Assembly: GCA_040285825.1 (NCBI GenBank)
Contig: JAUPSS010000008.1
Location: 496,001-560,000, forward strand
DNA length: 64,000 nucleotides
Direction of reading: 5' to 3'
Source of the DNA: Eukaryota sp. TZLM1-RC
Taxonomy: Eukaryota > Protista > Metamonada: BaSk clade
The position numbers and the translations under genes were made by a program. Position 1 is the stretch's first letter, and each line of letters opens with the position of its first letter. Shown here one piece after another: positions 59,201 through 64,000 of this stretch. The notes beneath the pieces are model-generated. The model was not told the DNA's origin. It ran no database searches and saw nothing but the letters and a program-made list of their open reading frames with translations.

Positions 59201-59460
59201 TGGTGGGGGGCTGTGTTGATGGAAGTCTGCTTTTGTTTTCTACCCTTTCTAATGATGTCGCCATCAGGTTTAGGGAACTTTCAAAGCTCTTGTCTGGATT
59301 ATTTAGACTTGAAATTTCTGATTCATTAATTATTAATGGAGATTTGATTGCGCTCATTCCTGCAATGAGCCCAAATGAACAAAAAACAATAGCGCTGAAG
59401 GTTGGTATTGATCATGCTGAAATGATGCAATTGATTGATGGTTATTTAAGTTCGATATAG
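56239..59460 (+). CDS. DDB1: DDB1-like triple beta-propeller protein (DDB1/RSE1/CPSF1 family)
   Basis: N-terminal CTGKF..IVIPRGNGINLYGLSPTGL; IGDYTASVTL..EVSRDFKP; IINGDLI; ~1070 aa. Confidence 0.75.
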   Translation: MTPLADNLIVSTILQGTSSSLHCTGKFISSEHDVQIVIPRGNGINLYGLSPTGLVPLSTSPLFRSISSLHPLSLPSSSPFTSLAFITPSSELGVFHFEQSSHNSIKLKLDAIGSITTRQCLGSPLEKNHLTVLNHPSCPILVSATASGRLSFSPLSSKSSSILSHHIPIEEVTITSMGVVPDSMMIYVLGDVAEPSMRKRRLSVYKADFDESQSIVLLSKHTFYDVPSDSSFALPLNISGEVSFFIAGPNYISLVSSINTKHFESNNSDVTCAVVSSEVQLVYFDGRGKLFEFRVNDGIVREIPIKMIDDVDRLTSIDSLITSSSLLVKKDNLTTVLAVSPYTNSYLINIPFNVHLELSPSSYAATAAPCLPSCAPISSLASLNDSLVAAVGTLGGGGVLNLKRGSEFVSFSNIEVGSPLIPFFVDGFLILSGGGTAALKLVGDESGVLDLQEVERLPNWEMEAESIGVGLINGDVMAQVTNRKVNTSQAGLSWSTDQNSLILTCCFHNNSIFLSLDNDSLIALSSDLTPLSVTLPSAAVTISAFEGYLFVGCWSGELMMFSEGLDVIGHLPAIPFSQAKPRHSTFMRFGSTLYLFISLADGHVGFRSVSNPLDCHSDWTWFHLSSVESRFCPVHNQNESYLLALSDTNYLIKTVNSKPIPLYLNFQSAVAGVYCQVVPSPFVAISTTNSVYFGSINTKPLIHSSFSSLNHLTPRRVARVPETSSVVVSGSRIESQRGHVFKSFGSFAKVWGSESGVFSDFYNLDQHDSVVTGCCCFFNEKSDSFFTILAVANEVLRFSSIIIFKSKDKTSWEKVADFELKKGLVFSLLHIPSPNPTFSVGFNAQVFIYEIDPVSFDCIVLAELLTQFFAYSQSLAGNFLAIGDYTASVTLTKLIRNNKGKVEKIQEVSRDFKPLSCKSLYLIDKNTAIASATQGKIHLMSFPHDAASSTFARRGQSIHYHSNVSCFNSVDSLYPSSLQAVSFVKPLVVGGCVDGSLLLFSTLSNDVAIRFRELSKLLSGLFRLEISDSLIINGDLIALIPAMSPNEQKTIALKVGIDHAEMMQLIDGYLSSI

Positions 59461-59625
59461 TACTGCTTGGATTTCAGTTTTTTTAGTTTCTTTATTTTGT
59501 CTCAATGTTTATGTTAAATTTAACAAGATTTTAAATAAAATTATTTGATCATAATTATTCATCTTTTTTACTATTATTACTAAAATTTATTAAATTTCTT
59601 GGTAAATCGCTGTAAATCACCAACA

Positions 59626-60257
59626 ATAAGGATGTTAAAGAATCATGGATTTATCAAAACAAAACTGTAAAGGAGCGGGAAGAAGAATTAAAACAATTTT
59701 CAAAAAAACCCTAGATCATGAAGAATTCCTATATTACTGCAAGGCAAAAAACAACTCTTCTCTCCTTGTTGGAGCTTTTTACTTTAATGAAGATAAGAGT
59801 CATGAAACTGCGAAGATTCATGGCCACAGAGAGGTTTGAAGCAAAATGGATGAATGAATTTGAAAAAAAAGTTGGAGGTCCAGATGATAACATTGTAGTG
59901 ATGGGTGATTGGAAGCAAACCAATTTTAAGCATAAAGCACCTACAGAGAATGTTCAATATCGAATCGTTGTTAAAAAATGCATCTTCCGTCTATTACTTA
60001 TTATTATTACTATTGGATAATTATATAGAACAAGTTGTCGATGTCATGCATGTGTACTCGAGGCAAATGAAGGTGAAAAGGAAGCATCGAGTACCTAACC
60101 CAAGACCTTACAGGAGAGGAAAGACTCCAACAGTCCTTAGACATAGATTAATCACTTGCAAGAAGTGTGGATGTCTATGGAATCGTAATGTCAATGCTGT
60201 TCTTAATATGATTCATGTTTTGGATGAGATCAAAGTAAATGAAAGACCTCAAGTTTT
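59626..60257 (+). mobile_element. Family-C Fanzor remnant (5' piece; terminus displaced to 62268-62328)
   Basis: Same 5' boundary (ATAAGGATG.TAAAGAATCATGG) as the 51159 copy; GDW, DNYI, WNRNVNAVLNM, ERPQV, then a break. Confidence 0.88.
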
Positions 60258-62267
60258 TATTTATTTAAAACATAACCAAAAATGGTAAAAACTAAAAATC
60301 TATTTCCTCAAACTCCACATCTACCATTGAAAATTTACCATCAACCTTTTCTTCATAATATCTTCCTAGTGATAACAACGAGCTAGAAACAACAATTCTT
60401 AAAACAATTTTTTTTATTTTTGGAAAATTTTTTTTTAAACAACTGGAATATTTATTGAGATAAAAATAACCACCTAGAATTCAATATCCTCCAAACAAGC
60501 GTCACTATTACTGAACCTACTCACAGCATTACGTTCATATTCTACACCAATAGCTAAAAGTGCCTTTGAAATCATTGTTGGAATAGACTTGAAAATGCAA
60601 AAAACAATTCTATTTAACCAGAAAGTGGAGTTCATTGTTTTACCAGACCTATTCAGTAACACTTTTTTAAAATTTTCCAAAAAGTGCAAGCCTGAAGGTC
60701 CAATATTGCCAAAAAGAGAAATTGCAAACTTTTTGATTTGAAATTTTGGAAAATACAATTCTATTTTGCCAAAAGGTTCGGTCAAACATTCTTCCAGTTT
60801 TGTTTTTGACAATACTAGAGAAATCATCTAGAAATGATAAAGCAGTTTTACCCAAGGTTCCAAATAAACAAAAGGCAAAAGGACAAAGAATGTATTGAGT
60901 ATGTGAGTTGGAATTCAGATTATTGATTTTGGGTCAATTTTGTTTCTTCTTGATTAGAAGTTAATGAATTTTTGGTTCGAATTCAATTATTTTGTTCTGT
61001 TGATTTGGGTGGAATTGGTTTTAAAATCTTCGATTTTGTGTAAAGCAGCATTTTTAGGAGTTGACAAAAACTATATTTTTGAATTTTCCAAAGATTCCCT
61101 TATGGTGTTCATCTAATCGATGGTGAATCAAATTTTTATTTGAATCAACTTCAAATTGAATTAAATAATTGCCCAGTGATATATGGATTCAGTGTTTTCC
61201 TCAGGATGTTCAAGAAATTTCCAACTGATCACTCCCAAATTTACGTTTTTGCCTGAAATAGCTTCAGCACCATCTGGTTAAATTATATGAAAGCTTGGAT
61301 TATGAAGTAAGATTTGGCGTGGCCAAAACTGAAAATCCCGCTTTCGTAAATTTTTTAAAAGACATTCGTAATAGTTCTGCTTCTGCTGTAGTAACTCAAA
61401 TTCCCTCTGTTTATGGACTTTTGTTAAAAAAACAATGAATGGCTTTTAAACATGTGTTTTTGTGGTTTTCTATGGCCAAACAAGTTGCCCAATCATTTAA
61501 CTTGTAAATGTGGTAAACCTCTTTTGTTTACTCATCTTTTGAACTGTAAACATTTCATTACATTGAGAAGTAAAATGCATAATAATGTCAGGGACCAAAT
61601 TTACGTTATGTGTAAATCATATCGAGTAGATTCCTTTTTAGAGCCTTTGTTATCAAAATTGATTCTTGATGACCCAAACCACAATTTCAAAAACTGCCTC
61701 CCCTACATCAAAACAATTAATTGCTAAAGATTGAGAAAATTTCCCAAAAGAAGAGAGTGGATCAGAAATTAGTTTTACCGTTCCCTTAAAAATAGAAAAT
61801 TTTTTAGCAATAATGCGGCAATGAAATTTGACCGAAAGAATTCCAAACAGTTTTCATTAAATAGCAACTGAAAAATCTCTGGTAATTGTAAATTTATAGA
61901 CATCTTACATAAAGCTTTAATTAATTGAGGCAAAGTAATCGACTCTGATCAATTTGTGTGGCGGAGTGTTAGATAAGAGAAAAGTTGGAATGTGAAGGAG
62001 CTGATTATGGGGAGGAATGCACATAAAGGAAGAGAGTGGTGAGGTTTAGGTAAAAAAAACGGAAACTTTTTATAATACCTACGGATTTTACCTACGGTAA
62101 AACTAATTTCTGATTCACTTTCTTCTTTTGGAAAATTTTCTGAATCTGTAGTAATTAACTGTTTCGATGTAGGAGATGCAGGTTTTGAAATTGTGGAGTT
62201 TTAGTTGTGTATTTTATGTTTTCATATTCCTTATTAGATAAATAAAAAAATGTTAAAAAAAGCTGTG
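60258..62267. mobile_element. Mosaic of LINE 3' fragments in alternating orientation
   Basis: Pieces homologous to 39800-39940 (-), other RLE tails (-), 19560-20060 and 18582-18830 (inverted), and a LINE 3' end with A-tail at ~62090-62260. Confidence 0.8.
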
Positions 62268-62328
62268 AAAAGATCTTGATTCATTTCATATTCCAGTATT
62301 TGACATTTTTGTGTTATTAGCTGATGTC
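62268..62328 (+). promoter_or_regulatory. Family-C Fanzor terminus / leader motif at the ZNF277-like start
   Basis: AAAGATCTTGATTCATTTCATATTCCAGTATTTGACATTTTTGTGTTATTAGCTGATGTC matches 51817-51901 with small deletions. Confidence 0.85.
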
Positions 62329-63430
62329 GGATCTCACTGAACAGCAAGTATTAGAACTAGTCCAAGAAGATCCAGCAAAGACCAACGACGTTGCAAGCTG
62401 CTTTTTCTGCTGTTACACAAATGACTCTCCTCATGAAGTCGTCAATCACCTTGAATCAACTCATTTCTTCTCTATAGAGAATCCTGAAGCTATCAATGAC
62501 TTACCTAGATACCTCCGCATCTACTCAAAGATTCTCACTGACAAACCCTCACCCTTCTTCCTCTCTACAGACCTCCCTAACGATGATCTGATTCGCAAAA
62601 CCATCAACAAAGATAAGCTGAAAGTTATGCTCAACCTTCAACATCAAGAAAGAGCTGACGACACCACTGTAAGAACATGTATCTTTTGTCGCCAGGAGTT
62701 CACTGGAGACCGCTCTCAAGTCTTTCAGCATATGTTTACCACTCACAACCTCAACCTTGGAAGAGCAGATGGGTTAGTCAATGTAGATAAGCTCTTGACA
62801 ATTCTGCATTCAAAGATGGATGCTCTTGAGTGTTTGTTTTGTAATAGAGTTTTTCGAAATAGGGAAGCTTTAAAGAACCACATGAAGAAGAAGAATCATA
62901 TTAAAGTTCATCCAAGCGACAAACTTTATGATCAATTCTATATAATTAATTATTCCAATCCTGGAATTGGTTGGCAGAAACTTGATAAGGAAGTTGATGA
63001 TGAGCTGTACACGTCAACTGCTGAGAGTCTTGCGGAATCAATGATCGATAATTGGTCTGATTGGACTGACGATTTCGAGCAGGAGGTAAATTGTCTTTAT
63101 TGCGATGAAGTGTTTCCTAATGTGGAAAAGGTTCTCAGCCACTTTAAATCAGTTGAAGACGTAGATTTTATTAATATTGTTGAAAATTGCACGTTAATGG
63201 AGTTTGTGCAGTTAGTTAATTTTTTGAGAATTTGTGCTTCAAAGCTAAGGTGTCCGGCTTGCAATGAAACCTTTGATTGTAAAGCTGATTATCAATCACA
63301 CGTAATCAATCAAGGTCATCAGTTGCCCTTGGAAAATGAACACATTTCTCCACAGTATTTAATTCCTTTCGATTCGAATGATCCTCTTCTTTTTTCTTTA
63401 GAAGGATTTAAGGATGATGATTTGAATTAG
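62324..63430 (+). CDS. ZNF277: ZNF277-like C2H2 zinc-finger protein
   Basis: CIFC..HMFTTHNLNLGRADGLV, CLFC..LKNHMKKKNH, YDQFYIINY..G..W, WSDW, CLYC. Confidence 0.85.
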   Translation: MSDLTEQQVLELVQEDPAKTNDVASCFFCCYTNDSPHEVVNHLESTHFFSIENPEAINDLPRYLRIYSKILTDKPSPFFLSTDLPNDDLIRKTINKDKLKVMLNLQHQERADDTTVRTCIFCRQEFTGDRSQVFQHMFTTHNLNLGRADGLVNVDKLLTILHSKMDALECLFCNRVFRNREALKNHMKKKNHIKVHPSDKLYDQFYIINYSNPGIGWQKLDKEVDDELYTSTAESLAESMIDNWSDWTDDFEQEVNCLYCDEVFPNVEKVLSHFKSVEDVDFINIVENCTLMEFVQLVNFLRICASKLRCPACNETFDCKADYQSHVINQGHQLPLENEHISPQYLIPFDSNDPLLFSLEGFKDDDLN

Positions 63431-63508
63431 AATAGTATTTTACAAATAAATAATCGATAAAGTTATCATTAAAAATGTTTACAAACGAATTGAATTTACA
63501 ATCAAAAT

Positions 63509-64000
63509 CTAATCAGCATCTAGTCGGAAAGCCAACTTCTTTCCACGGTGACCTTTCAACAGATCATTCGCCACATACCTTACCAGATTAGAGCCTTGAA
63601 TTCCAATGTCTTCTTTAATCAAATTAACAGCTTCAACACGTGCAAACCGAATTGTCTTGGCTCCTTCAGCAGTAGCATTAGCATTAATGATATAAGAGTC
63701 AGCCAAAGCTCTTGCATTTCGGACGCGTACATCAGCTGCCCTAATGGTTTGATCCAATTCTGTATCCTTTTCAGTGAGTCTATTATCTCTTTGGCTTCTG
63801 GCAACATCAATGTCTCTTTCTGCAGCCTGTCTGTTGCTAATAGCATCTTCAAACACAGACGGTAAATCAATGTCATGTAGTTGGAAAGCAGTGACTCTGG
63901 TCGAAATTGCTTGAAGTTTATCACGAAGAGTATCTTCCATATGGTTCTGTACAATAGACCGTTCAGAAAAGAATTGAATAGCAGTGTAATTGCTGGCGAC
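63509..64000 (-). CDS. SPFH/band-7 (prohibitin-like) protein, 3' part; 5' end outside the window
   Basis: VTAFQLHDIDLPSVFEDAI..QAAERD..ARA.A..I..NATAEG pattern; the frame appears open to the window edge. Confidence 0.75.
   Translation of the reverse strand, partial: VASNYTAIQFFSERSIVQNHMEDTLRDKLQAISTRVTAFQLHDIDLPSVFEDAISNRQAAERDIDVARSQRDNRLTEKDTELDQTIRAADVRVRNARALADSYIINANATAEGAKTIRFARVEAVNLIKEDIGIQGSNLVRYVANDLLKGHRGKKLAFRLDAD

Overview
AT-rich, intron-poor eukaryotic DNA, probably from a compact-genome protist; the organism cannot be identified from the sequence alone. About a dozen host genes are present: SART1/Snu66-like, SF3B2, a degenerate dynein-heavy-chain-like ORF, a RING/B-box/coiled-coil/SPRY (TRIM-like) protein, TFIIS, a MacroD protein with a 31-nt intron, DOCK-like, DDB1-like, ZNF277-like, an SPFH protein and a few unknowns. 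They are separated by patchworks of mobile-element fragments: at least two families of RT + restriction-like-endonuclease (CRE-like) non-LTR retrotransposons, four families of Fanzor/TnpB-like ORFs, a deleted pogo-like TIR element, a MULE fragment and a 7-unit tandem array of a ~962-bp gag-only LTR element. The most striking pattern is that the 3' (omegaRNA-side) end of Fanzor elements sits precisely at the start codon of five unrelated host genes. The shared terminus is TTTGACATTTTTGTGCTATTAGCYGATGTC, a hairpin that contains the ATG and also resembles a 3' splice acceptor. The Fanzor family most involved has RuvC-II E->N in all three copies covering that site and RuvC-III D->N in both copies retaining that motif. 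All protein family calls are by-eye motif recognition, not database searches.
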